From assembly GCA_965224485.1 (NCBI GenBank), contig CBDCZH010000016.1, positions 1 to 64,000 on the forward strand: 64,000 nt of DNA. Reading direction: 5' to 3'. Every line of letters starts with the position of its first letter. Position 1 is the stretch's first letter. Of the stretch, positions 1 through 11,243 are shown piece after piece. Made by a program: the position numbers and the translations under genes. A model generated the notes under the pieces. That model saw only the letters and a list, made by a program, of their open reading frames with translations. It did not search any database and was not told where the DNA came from. The stretch comes from Arcobacteraceae bacterium. Lineage in GTDB: Bacteria; Campylobacterota; Campylobacteria; Campylobacterales; Arcobacteraceae.

Positions 1-56
1 AGGAAAAGCTGTACATGCGTATATTGAATATACTGATAAACTTTATAAGGCGAAGA

Positions 57-865
57 ATGATATCAATTATAATCCCCTGTTATAATCGTGCACATACTAT
101 TAATAAATGTATTGATTCAATTTTAAATCAAACATATAAGAATTTTGAGATAATACTAGTAAATGACGGATCAACAGATTTTTTAAAAGAAAAAATTGAT
201 AAATATATTAAATTAAATAATTTTAAATATCTTAAACAAGAAAATAAAGGTGCTCAAGCCGCAAGAAATAGTGGAATTAAAGAATCAAAATATGAATGGA
301 TTTGTTTTTTGGACTCTGATGATGAATGGTTTAAAAATAAACTTGAAGTTCAAATTAAAATTCTAAAAGAACATAATTTTGATAAAAATATAGTTTCATA
401 TTCAAATTGTCTTATTTTTACAGAAAATAATAATAAAACAAAAGAATATAAAATAAACGAATTTAATGGAACAAACTGCTTTAACGATTTATTACTAAAA
501 CAAGGACCAATGTTTCAATCATTATTTGTTTCAAAATATTTACTTAATAAAATAAATTATTTAGATGAAGAAGTAATTTCATGGCAAGAGTGGGATACAG
601 CAATTAGGTTATCTAAATTTGCTAATTTTATTCATATTGAAGAACCTCTATTTATTTACAATTTACACGAAGGACCTACAATTTCAAAAGATTATGTTAA
701 TTATATAAAGGTTATTTATATATATTACATAAATTTAAAGACGATATAATTAGAATACATAAAAAAGATGTATATGAAAAACAAATTCTAAATATTAAAA
801 ATTTTGCTATTAAGAATGATATTTTAAATCAAGTAAACTATCTATTTAATATTGAAAGGAAATAA
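57..865 (+). CDS. GT2 family glycosyltransferase (one frameshift near 707)
   Basis: MISIIIPCYNRA..., VNDGSTD, ICFLDSDD motifs; likely ATG at 57; after ~707 the reading continues in another frame (KGYLYILHKFKDD...IERK*) to TAA 863-865. Confidence 0.85.
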
Positions 866-873
866 GGATATAT

Positions 874-1705
874 ATGAGTACAAGTAATAAAATTTTTCAA
901 TCAGAAGTTGATTTTTCAAAAAATCCCTTAGATAATTACAATTATTTTTTTAAATTTAAAAGATGACTTATATCTAGAGGTCTTGAAGTAGAAGTTCAAA
1001 ATATAAATATTGATCATTTCAAAATATGGTTAAAAAAATTCTCGAAATTAAATGAAATGTATTCTAAATACAAAGATGTTTATATTGAAAAATGCTTAGA
1101 ACATTATTTAAGTTACACCCTACTTCAATTTGATTCTAATGATGTATTTATGGATGTTGCCTCAAGTGGAAGTATTTATGCAAATGAATTATATTATAAT
1201 AAAATTATAAAACAATCTTATTTACTTGATTTAGCCTATAAAGAAGGGATAAATGGTATAAAAATTGGAGCTAATGCAGGAAATACTCCTTTACAAAATG
1301 AATCAATAGACAAAATGGCTCTACATTGTGCTTTTGAATGTTTTGAGGGGGAGTCTGATATTGCTTATATTAAAGAGGCATCAAGAATATTAAAGAAAAA
1401 AGGAAAGTATGTTATTACTCCCTTATATATTGATGAAACATATTATAATTGTACAAGTGAGGCTTGTGACCAAACAAAAATACAATTTGATACAAAAGCA
1501 TTAAAGGTATACAGAGATGATCAATTTGTTGCTCCTTTTTCAAGACATTATTCCCCTGAAAGTTTTTATGAAAGAATTTATAAAAATATACCAGATACAA
1601 TGAACGCTAAAGTTATATTTTATGAAAACTTACCAGAGATTATGAAAGAGTTTTAAAAATCAAAGAATTTATTGCTATTTTTTACTTTATTGTGAGAAAA
1701 AATGA
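874..1705 (+). CDS. class I SAM-dependent methyltransferase (disrupted by indels)
   Basis: RBS aagga + ATG 874, same frame as ORF 1057-1656 but with in-frame TGA 964-966; FMDVASSGS, ESIDK..LHCAFECF, EASRILKKKG motifs; T-run shift at ~1651 extends it to TGA 1703-1705, overlapping the next ATG. Confidence 0.7.
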
Positions 1706-2134
1706 TTAAAAATATAATTCATAATAATATTCAACTAGCAATTATAATAAAAAACTCATATAAAAAAGATGGTGTTGATTTTTTTACACCCAATGATTAT
1801 TCTCAACAATTAGCATATATGTCTCATAAAAAGGTGTAAAAAAATTGATGCCCATGTACATAATAAAGTTACTCGAGAAGTTCATTTAACTCAAGAAGTT
1901 TTAGTAATAAGAAAAGGTAAGTTAAGAGTTGATTTTTATACTCAAGATAAGCAGTATATCTCAAGTGAAATATTAGAAAAAGAAGATGTAATTCTTTTAG
2001 CAAATGGAGGACATGGCTTTGAAGTTCTTGAAGATGTTGAAATGATTGAAATCAAACAAGGTCCTTATTTAGGAGATGAAGACAAGACAAGATTCCGAGG
2101 CATTGAAAATAAAAATATAAAGATTAATAAATGA
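1702..2134 (+). CDS. cupin-fold protein of sugar-biosynthesis clusters (frameshift ~1835; missing from ORF track)
   Basis: manual translation MIKNIIHNNIQLAIII...DFFTPNDYSQQLAYMSH / IDAHVHNKVTREVHLTQEVLVIRKGKLRVDFY...LANGGHGFEVLEDVEMIEIKQGPY; HxH...E...H cupin pattern; ATGA overlaps at both ends. Confidence 0.75.
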
Positions 2135-3240
2135 TTCCTGTTAATGAACCTCTTTTAAATGGAAATGAAAAAAAATATATAAATGAATGTTTAGATACAG
2201 GCTGGATTAGCTCAGAAGGTCCTTTTGTTCAAAAAAATTTGAAGAAGAAATGGCTTTATATATTGGAAGAAAATATGCTAGTGCGTGTTCTAGTGGAACA
2301 GCTGCTTTAGATATTGCAGTTTGTGCCTTAGACTTACAAAAAGATGATGAAGTAATAATGCCTACGTTTACTATTATCTCTTGTGCTCAAGCTTTAGTTA
2401 AACAAGGTATCAAACCAGTTCTTATTGACTGTTATTTAGATAGTTTTAATATGATAATAGAAGATATTGAGAAGAAAATAACTAATAAAACAAAAGCTAT
2501 CATGATAGTTCATCTTTATGGATTATGTGTAGATATAGACCCTATTTTAGACCTTGCTAAAAAATATAACTTAAAAATCATTGAAGATGCAGCTCAAGTA
2601 ATTGGGCAAGAATATAAGGGACAAAAATGTGGTTTTTTTGGTGATATTAGTATTTTTAGTTTTTATCCAAATAAACAGATTACTACTGGTGAAGGTGGTA
2701 TGGTTTTATGTAATGATAAAAATCTTGATAAAAGAGCTAAAAGTTTAAGAAATTTATGTTTTACTAAAGATAGATTTGTACATGAAGAGCTTGGATATAA
2801 CTATAGACTTACAAATATGCAAGCAGCTTTAGGACTTGCCCAACTAGAACAAATTAGAAAGCATAGTAGAGAAGAAAAGATATATAGGTCATAAATATAA
2901 TGAACTTCTTAAAGACATAAATACTATTATTTTACCTAAACAAGAAGAGTCATATTGCACTAATATATATTGGGTTTATACAATTGTGTTAAAAGATAGC
3001 AATAAAAAAACTGCAAAAGAAGTTATGAAAGAATTATCGAGTTATAAAATAGGTACAAGACCATTTTTTTATCCCATGCATAAACAGCCAGTATTTAATA
3101 ATATGGGTCTTTTTACTGATGACAAGTTAATAAATAGCGAAAAACTATATGAAAAAGGTTTTTATATCCCAAGTGGTTTAAGTTTAAGTGATGAGCAAAT
3201 TATAGAAGTTTCAGAAATTTTACATAAGGTTCTAAAATGA
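2131..3240 (+). CDS. DegT/DnrJ/EryC1/StrS sugar aminotransferase (perosamine synthase-like; frameshifts ~2235, ~2851)
   Basis: MIPVNEPLL...WISSEGPFV from 2131; SSGTAAL, IIEDAAQ, FSFYPNKQITTGEGG (PLP Lys), GYNYRLTNMQAALG; joins ORFs 2250-2894 and 2986-3240. Confidence 0.88.
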
Positions 3241-3993
3241 GTCAATTTGGAGATTTATATTCACAATATTATGATTTATTGTATAAAGATAAAGATTATA
3301 AAGCTGAAGTAAAATATATAGATGAGCTAATTACTTCCAATACAAAAAATGCGAAAACCATTCTTGATTTAGGTTGTGGAACAGGTAAGCACGCAGAACT
3401 CTTATGCAATAAAGCTTATAAGGTTCATGGCATTGATTTAAGTAAAGATATGTTAGAAATTGCAGAAAAAAGAAGACGTAAAAAAGAGAAAAAGCTCTCT
3501 TTTTCTAATTCTAGTATTCAAGACTTGAACTTAAAGAAAGAATTTGATGTAATCATTTCATTATTTCATGTAATGTCTTATCAAAATACAAATAAAAGTT
3601 TAATCAAAGCATTAAAAGTAGCAAAAAAAACATCTTAAAAAAGATGGTATTTTTATTTTTGATTTTTGGTATGGCCCAGCTGTATTAACAGACTTACCAC
3701 AGACAAGAGTTAAAAGATTAAAAAATAGTAAGATTGAAGTAACAAGAATTGCAGAACCTAAACTTCATTGCAAAAAGAATATTGTAGATGTAAATTATAA
3801 TATTTTTATAAAAGATTTAGAAACTAATATAATTACTGAAAAAAAAGAACTTCATAAAATGAGATATTTTTTTGATACTGAGTTGGAACTTATTTGTAAA
3901 AAAATAGGTTTTAAAATTGAAGCAAAATATAAATGGATGGAAAAAGAAAGTCCAAATTTTAACAGTTGGAGTGTTGTATGGATATTAAAATAA
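3237..3993 (+). CDS. class I SAM methyltransferase, resembles TylM1/DesVI-type sugar N-methyltransferases (frameshift in A-run 3623-3631)
   Basis: YDLLYKDKDYKAE, ILDLGCGTGKH; continues HLKKDGIFIFDFWYGPAVL...HKMRYFF...SWSVVWILK* to TAA 3991-3993. Confidence 0.8.
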
Positions 3994-5240
3994 AAAAAGA
4001 AGATTTACATGAGGCAAGTCATTTAAGATTGCAAGCACATTATGGAAAAGTATATATTTATAAAAATAAAAGAGTTTTTAGAGGTATCAATGATAGTAAG
4101 GTTGATGAAATCTTAACATTAATGAACTCTGGGTTAATTCAAAGATTAATAAAAGATAAATTATTCCCAAATACAAATATTTCCAATGTCATATTAAAAG
4201 AATATAAACTAGTAATTGAGCATGAAAAAATTCCATTAAGAAATATGTATACAAAGTGGTCTTTTGATATGCTAAAGGAGTCTGCAAGAACTACACTACT
4301 TGTTAATTCTATTGCTAATGAATTTGGGTATGAATTAAGAGATGCTCATTTTTTAAATACTATGTTTTATTACGGAAATAGTATATTTATTGATTTAGAT
4401 AGTTTTGTTCCAAAAAAATCAGATGGATGGAGTGCTTATAAACAATTTATAAATAGTTATATGAAATTACTACAACTTCTTGCCCTTCAAAGTAATATAG
4501 AGTATCAAAACTCTGTTAAAGCAATGGCTTATTATATTCCTAATAAGTTTTATGAAAGAGTATTACCAAAAGAGGAACAATATGATTTAACAGAAGAATT
4601 GTCTATTAGTTCGCTATTAAACAACTTAGATAATTTAAGATTAGATAATGTGCCTACAATGTGGAGCAAATATCATGATGTTTTTACTTATGATTTAGAA
4701 AAAGATATTCGTTTAAAAGAAATCGTAAGTCAAATAAAAAAACTCGCACCTTATGATATAGTTGATTTAGCATCAAATGCAGGAAACTTTGCAAAAGTAA
4801 TTTTAAGTGAAGTAAAAAGTGTTGAACATATTATTTGTATTGATAATGATCATGAATCAATTAATAAATTATTTAATAATATTGAAGATTATCATATCAC
4901 ACCTCTATATAATAGCATAGAAAGTGATTATTATAAAGTTATATCTGATAAACCAAAAGCTGATATTGCTTTAGCATTAGCACTCACTCACCATCTATTA
5001 TTATCAGCAAAATATGATATTGATTTTATTTTTGAACTAATATCTTCTTATTCAAAAAAATATGTATTAATAGAATTTATGCCTCTTGGTTTATACTCAG
5101 GAGAGACAGAAAAAGCACCTAAACTTCCTAGTTTCTACACCCAAGAATGGTTTGAAAATAAATTTCTAACTCATTATAAGATATTATTTAAAAAAGAAAT
5201 AAGTCTAAATAGAGTTCTATTTGTTGGTGAAATACGTTAA
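3978..5240 (+). CDS. NoeA-like protein (kinase-like N-terminal region + C-terminal SAM methyltransferase)
   Basis: EHEKIP....KWSFDMLKE, ELRDAHFLN..F, FIDLDSF, W.AYKQF, then VDLASNAGNF, ALALTHHL, LIEF; likely ATG at 3978. Confidence 0.65.
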   Translation: MDIKIKKEDLHEASHLRLQAHYGKVYIYKNKRVFRGINDSKVDEILTLMNSGLIQRLIKDKLFPNTNISNVILKEYKLVIEHEKIPLRNMYTKWSFDMLKESARTTLLVNSIANEFGYELRDAHFLNTMFYYGNSIFIDLDSFVPKKSDGWSAYKQFINSYMKLLQLLALQSNIEYQNSVKAMAYYIPNKFYERVLPKEEQYDLTEELSISSLLNNLDNLRLDNVPTMWSKYHDVFTYDLEKDIRLKEIVSQIKKLAPYDIVDLASNAGNFAKVILSEVKSVEHIICIDNDHESINKLFNNIEDYHITPLYNSIESDYYKVISDKPKADIALALALTHHLLLSAKYDIDFIFELISSYSKKYVLIEFMPLGLYSGETEKAPKLPSFYTQEWFENKFLTHYKILFKKEISLNRVLFVGEIR

Positions 5241-6391
5241 TGCAAAAACATATAGCATTAATAACTGGATATGGCTGGGCAGGGATAACTGTTTCTTTAG
5301 CTATGAGTATAGAATATTTAACATCAAAAGGTTTTTTTGTTGATATATACTTAGAAACAAATAGTTTATGTGATGAATTAGGGCTAAATAAGCCTTTATT
5401 TAATTATTCAAATACAAGAATCTTTTTTTATGAAACACAAAAAGATGATAATACATTTATTCCTTATGAAAATTTACAAATAAAACAAAAAGATTTAAAT
5501 TTTGTTAAGTTTATTAAAGAAAAAAAAACTAAATATGAAGCCCTTATAGCTTATGATCCACATGCAATAATTAGAGCTGGAATATTTTCATTAAAACTTA
5601 AGATAAAATATTATTACTTTTCTTTAGAATTTTACGAAAAAAAAGACTTTATAAAAGAGGCTGAAATTTTTTACGTTCAAAAAGCTGAAAGAATTATGAC
5701 TCAAGATAAATATAGAGCTAAGATTTTAAGCTGCCTTCTAAAAGTTAATATAAATAAAATGAGTGTTGTTTATAACTCAACAATTGGAAAAATAATTACA
5801 AAAAAGAGCAGTTATTTTAGAGATATGTTTAATATTCCTAAGACTAAAAAGATTATTTTAGCTTCTGGAACACTTATGAATATTACAGGATTTGATAAAA
5901 TCTTAGACTCTTTAAAAAACATGCAAGAAGATTATGTATTAGTAGCACATGGATGGACAAGTGAAAAAAAAATAAAAGAAAAAACAACTAAGTGTTTAAT
6001 AGAATTTCCTGATAAATTTTTTTATTCTAGTAAAACCCTATCTCATAATAAAAAGTTTGATATTTTTGCTTCAGCAGATATTGGATTAATCTATTATGAA
6101 CCAGAAGATTTAAACTTAAAATATGCAGCATGGTCTTCTGGTAAATTCTTTGATTTTATGAGATGTGGAGTTCCCGTACTTGCTAATGAACTTCCAAATA
6201 TGAAAAAACTTGTTCATACGAATAAGGTTGGATTAGTAATAAATGATTTTACTAATATGAACAATGAGTATGATTATTTAATTAAAAATCAAAAAGAATA
6301 TTATATTAATTGCCATAAGACTTATAATAAATATAGTTTTTATACATCATTCCAAAATGCAGTTGAAGGTATTATCAAAAATGATTATTGA
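5240..6391 (+). CDS. GT4-like (GT-B) glycosyltransferase
   Basis: C-terminal ADIGLIYY...SSGKFFDFMRCGVPVLAN pattern. Confidence 0.75.
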   Translation: MQKHIALITGYGWAGITVSLAMSIEYLTSKGFFVDIYLETNSLCDELGLNKPLFNYSNTRIFFYETQKDDNTFIPYENLQIKQKDLNFVKFIKEKKTKYEALIAYDPHAIIRAGIFSLKLKIKYYYFSLEFYEKKDFIKEAEIFYVQKAERIMTQDKYRAKILSCLLKVNINKMSVVYNSTIGKIITKKSSYFRDMFNIPKTKKIILASGTLMNITGFDKILDSLKNMQEDYVLVAHGWTSEKKIKEKTTKCLIEFPDKFFYSSKTLSHNKKFDIFASADIGLIYYEPEDLNLKYAAWSSGKFFDFMRCGVPVLANELPNMKKLVHTNKVGLVINDFTNMNNEYDYLIKNQKEYYINCHKTYNKYSFYTSFQNAVEGIIKNDY

Positions 6392-6411
6392 TTATTTTTC
6401 TAAGATCTTTA

Positions 6412-6420
6412 TGCTAAAAT
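6412..6420 (+). promoter_or_regulatory. putative extended -10 element (TGnTAAAAT), internal promoter
   Basis: tgctaaaat in the 56-bp gap before RBS aagga and ATG 6448. Confidence 0.4.
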
Positions 6421-6447
6421 ACTAAATATAATAAGAAAAGGACCTAT

Positions 6448-7131
6448 ATGCCTACTCAAGAATGGTTAAAAAAAGAATTCTCATATGGTTATGACAGTGG
6501 AAATATTGAAGATAGCCTTGCAAATAAACAAAGAGAGCAAGAAGAGTCTAGAATTGGTGGTTCTTATAGTGAAATTGCTACAAAACTATTAAAAAAATAT
6601 GTAAAAGAAGATTCAAATATCTTAGAACTTGGGCCAGGAAGAGGTTCTTGGAGTAAGGTTATTTTAAATATTTTAGAAAAAAAAGGAAGTTTAAGTACAT
6701 TAGATTTTCAAGATGTATCTAAATGGTTAAATAAAGATGATTATAAAGCAGCTTTACATACTCATCAAATTGATTCTAATTCATATGAATGTTTAGAAGA
6801 TAATACTTATGACTTATTTTGGTCTTTTGGTGTACTTTGCCACAATAATATTGACTCAATTTATCAAATCATGCATAATATATACCAAAAAATGAAAAAA
6901 GGAGCTATCTTAATTCACCAATATGCAGACTGGGACAAACTAGATAGTTATGGCTGGGACAAAGGTGCAGTTCCAAAAAAATTTAAAAACCAAAGAGATG
7001 ATGAAATATGGTGGCCTAGAAACAATAAAACAGTTATGAGAACAATACTTGAAGCAAATGGTTATGAAGTTATTCAAATTGATTGTGAACTAACACTAAG
7101 GGACTCTATTTTTATAAGTATTAAAAAATGA
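6448..7131 (+). CDS. class I SAM-dependent methyltransferase
   Basis: ILELGPGRGSW, YDLFWSFGVLCH, KMKKGA motifs. Confidence 0.8.
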   Translation: MPTQEWLKKEFSYGYDSGNIEDSLANKQREQEESRIGGSYSEIATKLLKKYVKEDSNILELGPGRGSWSKVILNILEKKGSLSTLDFQDVSKWLNKDDYKAALHTHQIDSNSYECLEDNTYDLFWSFGVLCHNNIDSIYQIMHNIYQKMKKGAILIHQYADWDKLDSYGWDKGAVPKKFKNQRDDEIWWPRNNKTVMRTILEANGYEVIQIDCELTLRDSIFISIKK

Positions 7132-7883
7132 AACTTTTAAGTGACAATGATTATACTTTATTAAGAAAAACTCCAAGATATACAGAGGCTGAAATTAAAC
7201 TATTTAATAACACCTTAGTAGTTCCTGATAAAGCATCTTTCTTTTTTTTATTAAAAGAAATATTTCAACTAGAAATTTATAAATTTAACTCAAATAAAAA
7301 AGACCCCTTAATCATTGATTGTGGAGCGAATATAGGTTTAAGCATTATTTACTTTAAAAAACTTTTTCCAAATGCTAAAATCATTGCTTTTGAACCAGAT
7401 AAAGAAATATTTAATAGCTTATCTACAAATATTAATAATTCAAACTTTTCTGATACTAAACTTATAAATAAAGCTTTATGGAGCGAAGAAACAACTCTAA
7501 ATTTCTTTTCAGAAGGTGCAGATGGAGGAAGACTTGCTTTAAAAAGTGATAAGAAAAATATTATTAATGTTAAAACACTCAAACTTAGTTCATATTTAAA
7601 AAATCAAGAAGTAGACTTTTTAAAAATTGATATTGAAGGTGCTGAAACTACAGTTTTGCAAGAGTGCCAAGAGTATCTTAAAAACGTAAAAAATATATTT
7701 GTTGAATATCACTCTTTTTCAAATAAGAAACAAGATTTATCCAAAATATTAAAAATATTAGAAGATTCAGACTTTAGATATTATATAGAACATATTGGAG
7801 TTAAATCATCTCATCCTTTTGAAAACATAAAAGATTGTGTAGGTTTTGATAATCAGCTAAATATATTTGGATATAGAAAATGA
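7128..7883 (+). CDS. FkbM family methyltransferase
   Basis: IIDCGANIG, IIAFEPD, VDFLKIDIEGAE, FVEYH. Confidence 0.9.
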   Translation: MKLLSDNDYTLLRKTPRYTEAEIKLFNNTLVVPDKASFFFLLKEIFQLEIYKFNSNKKDPLIIDCGANIGLSIIYFKKLFPNAKIIAFEPDKEIFNSLSTNINNSNFSDTKLINKALWSEETTLNFFSEGADGGRLALKSDKKNIINVKTLKLSSYLKNQEVDFLKIDIEGAETTVLQECQEYLKNVKNIFVEYHSFSNKKQDLSKILKILEDSDFRYYIEHIGVKSSHPFENIKDCVGFDNQLNIFGYRK

Positions 7884-8635
7884 AACTAGTAAATCTAGGC
7901 TGTGGGAACAGATTTCATAAAGAATGGATAAATTTGGACTTTAAGTCATCAAACTCTTTAGTACAAGAGTTTGATTTACATAAAAAACTTCCTTTTAAAG
8001 ATAATAGTATTGATGTAATATACTCTTCACATGTTTTAGAACATTTTTCAAAACATTTTGCACCAATCTTTTTACAAGAGTGTAATAGAGTTCTTAAACC
8101 AAAAGGTATTATTAGAGTAGTTGTTCCTAATTTAGAAGAATTAATGAAAAATTATATTAAATTTTTACAAGAAGCAAAAAAAGGAAATAAAGAGGCAAAA
8201 GAGAAATACCATTGGACAATGATTGAGATTTTTGATCAAATGGTAAGAAATTTTTCTGGTGGAGAAATGTACGAATATTGGAAGCAAAAACCAATGCCCC
8301 AAGAAAACTTTATTATCAAAAGACTTGGCTCTGAAGTTAAGAATGCTTTAGTAAATATAAAAAATAATAAAGATATTAAATTTAGAAATAGAGATATTGT
8401 AGAAACACCTGAAAAAATAGGAAAGTTTAGAAGCTCAGGAGAGATACATCAATGGATGTATGATGAGTTCTCACTAAGAGAATTATTAGAAAATACTGGA
8501 TTTAGCAATATTAGTAAAATGGATTTTGATAAATCAGAAATTATTAATTTTAATAAGTATTTACTTGATTGTGAAGAAAATAAAGATATTAGAAAACCTG
8601 ATTCATTATTTATGGAAGCTTTTAAAAATGACTAA
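7880..8635 (+). CDS. SAM methyltransferase (type 11-like)
   Basis: VNLGCG, LPFKDNSIDVIYSSHVLEH, RVLKPKGIIRVVVP. Confidence 0.85.
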   Translation: MKLVNLGCGNRFHKEWINLDFKSSNSLVQEFDLHKKLPFKDNSIDVIYSSHVLEHFSKHFAPIFLQECNRVLKPKGIIRVVVPNLEELMKNYIKFLQEAKKGNKEAKEKYHWTMIEIFDQMVRNFSGGEMYEYWKQKPMPQENFIIKRLGSEVKNALVNIKNNKDIKFRNRDIVETPEKIGKFRSSGEIHQWMYDEFSLRELLENTGFSNISKMDFDKSEIINFNKYLLDCEENKDIRKPDSLFMEAFKND

Positions 8636-9605
8636 TATTCTAGTAGTTGGAGGGGCTGGATATATTGGTTCACATACTGCAAAATTATTAAAAAACAAAT
8701 CCTATAACGTAATTATCTTTGATAATTTATCTACTGGTTTTAAAAGTTTGGCAAAATATGGAACCTTTATAAAAGGAGATCTTACAAATACAAAAGAGAT
8801 AGATAAGGTTTTTACAGATAATAAAATTGATGCTGTTTTTCATTTTGCTGCTTTTTCTAATGTAGGGGAATCTGTTCTTGATCCACAAAAATATTATGAT
8901 AATAATGTAAGAAATACATTAAACTTATTAGCTTCAATGAAAAAATTTAATATTAAAAAAATTATATTTTCTTCAACTTGTTCAGTTTTTGGAAAACCTA
9001 AATATTTACCCCTAGATGAAAAGCATCCAAAAAATCCAGAATCACCTTATGGAAATTCAAAGTTTTGCATTGAAAAGATTTTAAGTGATTATGATAAAGC
9101 TTATGGAATAAAACATATAATATTAAGATACTTTAATGCCTCTGGTGCAGATATGGATTTAGAACTAGGAGAATTGCATCAACCAGAGACTCATTTAATT
9201 CCAATTATTTTTGAAGTATTAAATAAAAAAAGAGAAATTCTAAATATTTTTGGTAAAGATTATGAAACTGAAGATGGAACCTGTGTAAGAGATTATATTC
9301 ATGTAAATGATTTAGCAATAGCTCATTTACAAGCATATGAATATTTATGTACAAAGAAGGAATCAGACGATTTTAACTTAGGTTCACAAAGAGGATATAG
9401 TATTTTACAAATTAAAAATGAAATTGAGAAACAAACAAAAAAAACCATCAACTTTACATATAAAGAAAGAAGACAAGGAGATGTTCATACCTTAATAGCA
9501 TCTTCTTTAAAAGCTAAAGAACTTTTGAAATGGGAAACACAATATAGTGATATTGAAAATATCATTACAAGTGCAAATAATTGGCATAAAAAGAATTTAA
9601 ACTAA
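8628..9605 (+). CDS. galE: UDP-glucose 4-epimerase
   Basis: ILVVGGAGYIGSH, HFAA, SPYGNSK, LRYFNASGA, DGTCVRDYIHV; likely ATG at 8628. Confidence 0.93.
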   Translation: MTNILVVGGAGYIGSHTAKLLKNKSYNVIIFDNLSTGFKSLAKYGTFIKGDLTNTKEIDKVFTDNKIDAVFHFAAFSNVGESVLDPQKYYDNNVRNTLNLLASMKKFNIKKIIFSSTCSVFGKPKYLPLDEKHPKNPESPYGNSKFCIEKILSDYDKAYGIKHIILRYFNASGADMDLELGELHQPETHLIPIIFEVLNKKREILNIFGKDYETEDGTCVRDYIHVNDLAIAHLQAYEYLCTKKESDDFNLGSQRGYSILQIKNEIEKQTKKTINFTYKERRQGDVHTLIASSLKAKELLKWETQYSDIENIITSANNWHKKNLN

Positions 9606-9606
9606 T

Positions 9607-11232
9607 ATGAAAATTTCAATTTTATCAACAAGTGATATTCATGGTGGTGCAGCAAGAGCTAGTAAAAGATTAGTTGATGCTTTAAATGCTAATACTTCAA
9701 ATGAAATTACTTATTTAGTTAAGGAAAAAGAAACAAGTTCTAATACAATTATAGAACTTAAAGAAAAAAACAAGTCATATAAAAATATTGAAACACTAGT
9801 TCAAAAATATTATATCAATAAAAATAGAACAAGTATGAGTAATACATTATTTTCATTCTCTTTTAATGATACTAATATTGACATCTTAAATACTTATGAC
9901 ATTATTAATCTTCACTGGGTAGAAAGATTTATTACTATTAATAATTTAAAAGAGCTTATAAACTTAAAGAAACCTATTGTTTGGACTCTTCATGATATGA
10001 AACCTTTTACAGGAGGATGTCATTATAGTAATGATTGTGAAGAATTTAAAACAGAATGTCTAAATTGCCCTCAACTTAAAAATGATAATAAAAAGCTATC
10101 AAATGTAACATTTTTAGCAAAACAAAAAATATTAAAAAATTCAAATATTACAATTATCTCACCTAGTGTTTGGCTCGCACAAGAAGCAAAACAAAGTGCA
10201 CTTTTTAAAGATTTCAATATTGAAGTAATTGCAAATTGCATTGATTCAAGTATATTTACCCCCACAAACAAACAAAAAGCAAAAGAAAAACTAGGCTTAA
10301 AAAAAGACACTTTAGTTCTTACTTTTGGGGTTATGAATCATGATGAAAAAAGAAAAGGATTTTCAGAGCTAATTGAAGCAATAAATATTGTTAAAAATAA
10401 ATTAAAAGATAAAAATTTACTTGCCTTATTTTTTGGAAGTAATAGTTCAGCAGATTTCCCAATTCCACTTAAAAATCTTGGAGTTATAAATGATGATGAG
10501 CATTTGGCTTTAATTTATAGTGCTGCTGATATTTTTATCCTACCCTCACTAGAAGATAACCTTCCTAATACTATACTTGAATCTCTGTCTTGTCAAACTC
10601 CTATTGTTTCTTTTGATACAGGAGGGGCTAAAGATATAATTAATAATACAAATGGAAGAATTGTTCCAAAAGGTGATACTAAAGCACTTGCAAAAGAAAT
10701 TTTATTTTTAATAAATAATCAAGAGCTAAGAGAAGCTATGGGAAAAGAAGGAAGAAAATTAATATTAAATAAATATCAAGCTGTAAATCAAGCAAATTCT
10801 TACAATAAAGTTTTTGATAAACTATATAAAGAAGATTTTTCATATTCTACTACTGATATAAATATAAATAATGATTTTGATTCTCTTATTTCTTACATAT
10901 CAAAAAACTACTCTTCTGAACTAAATTCATCTTTTGAGTTTTCAAAGAATTTTAATATTTTTTATAAACAAGTAATTTTATTAAAAGAAGAAAATTTAAA
11001 ACTTGTTGTTTATGGGAAGGGTACTATTGGAAAAACTATACAAACAATACTAGGAAATAAGCTTATTGGTTTTGTGGACATTTCTAGTAAAAACAATCAT
11101 CCAGAAAACTTAAAAACTTTAGAATATGATAAAATTATAATAAGTGTTTTAGGAAGAGAAGATGAGATTATAAAGTATTTAACTCAAGAATTAGATATTA
11201 ATATAAACAAAATTATTACTTTTAAGTTATAG
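9607..11232 (+). CDS. GT4 glycosyltransferase (WcaC-like) with extra C-terminal Rossmann-like module
   Basis: GGAARA, INLHW, VWTLHD..PFTGGCHY, DNLPNTILESLSC; C-terminal LVVYGKGTIG...YDKIIISVLGRE. Confidence 0.88.
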   Translation: MKISILSTSDIHGGAARASKRLVDALNANTSNEITYLVKEKETSSNTIIELKEKNKSYKNIETLVQKYYINKNRTSMSNTLFSFSFNDTNIDILNTYDIINLHWVERFITINNLKELINLKKPIVWTLHDMKPFTGGCHYSNDCEEFKTECLNCPQLKNDNKKLSNVTFLAKQKILKNSNITIISPSVWLAQEAKQSALFKDFNIEVIANCIDSSIFTPTNKQKAKEKLGLKKDTLVLTFGVMNHDEKRKGFSELIEAINIVKNKLKDKNLLALFFGSNSSADFPIPLKNLGVINDDEHLALIYSAADIFILPSLEDNLPNTILESLSCQTPIVSFDTGGAKDIINNTNGRIVPKGDTKALAKEILFLINNQELREAMGKEGRKLILNKYQAVNQANSYNKVFDKLYKEDFSYSTTDININNDFDSLISYISKNYSSELNSSFEFSKNFNIFYKQVILLKEENLKLVVYGKGTIGKTIQTILGNKLIGFVDISSKNNHPENLKTLEYDKIIISVLGREDEIIKYLTQELDININKIITFKL

Positions 11233-11243
11233 GATAATACAAA

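Noticed and set aside
964..966. In-frame TGA in the methyltransferase at 874 as selenocysteine or read-through
   Set aside because: More simply explained by two compensating indels (extra T in 945-951, missing A near 966, restoring ...LNLKDELI...) in an error-rich stretch; not at a catalytic Cys-like position
2231..3631. Homopolymer frameshifts as phase-variation switches
   Set aside because: They are short A/T runs, not the poly-G/C tracts typical of Campylobacterota contingency genes, and similar shifts occur in core nuo genes
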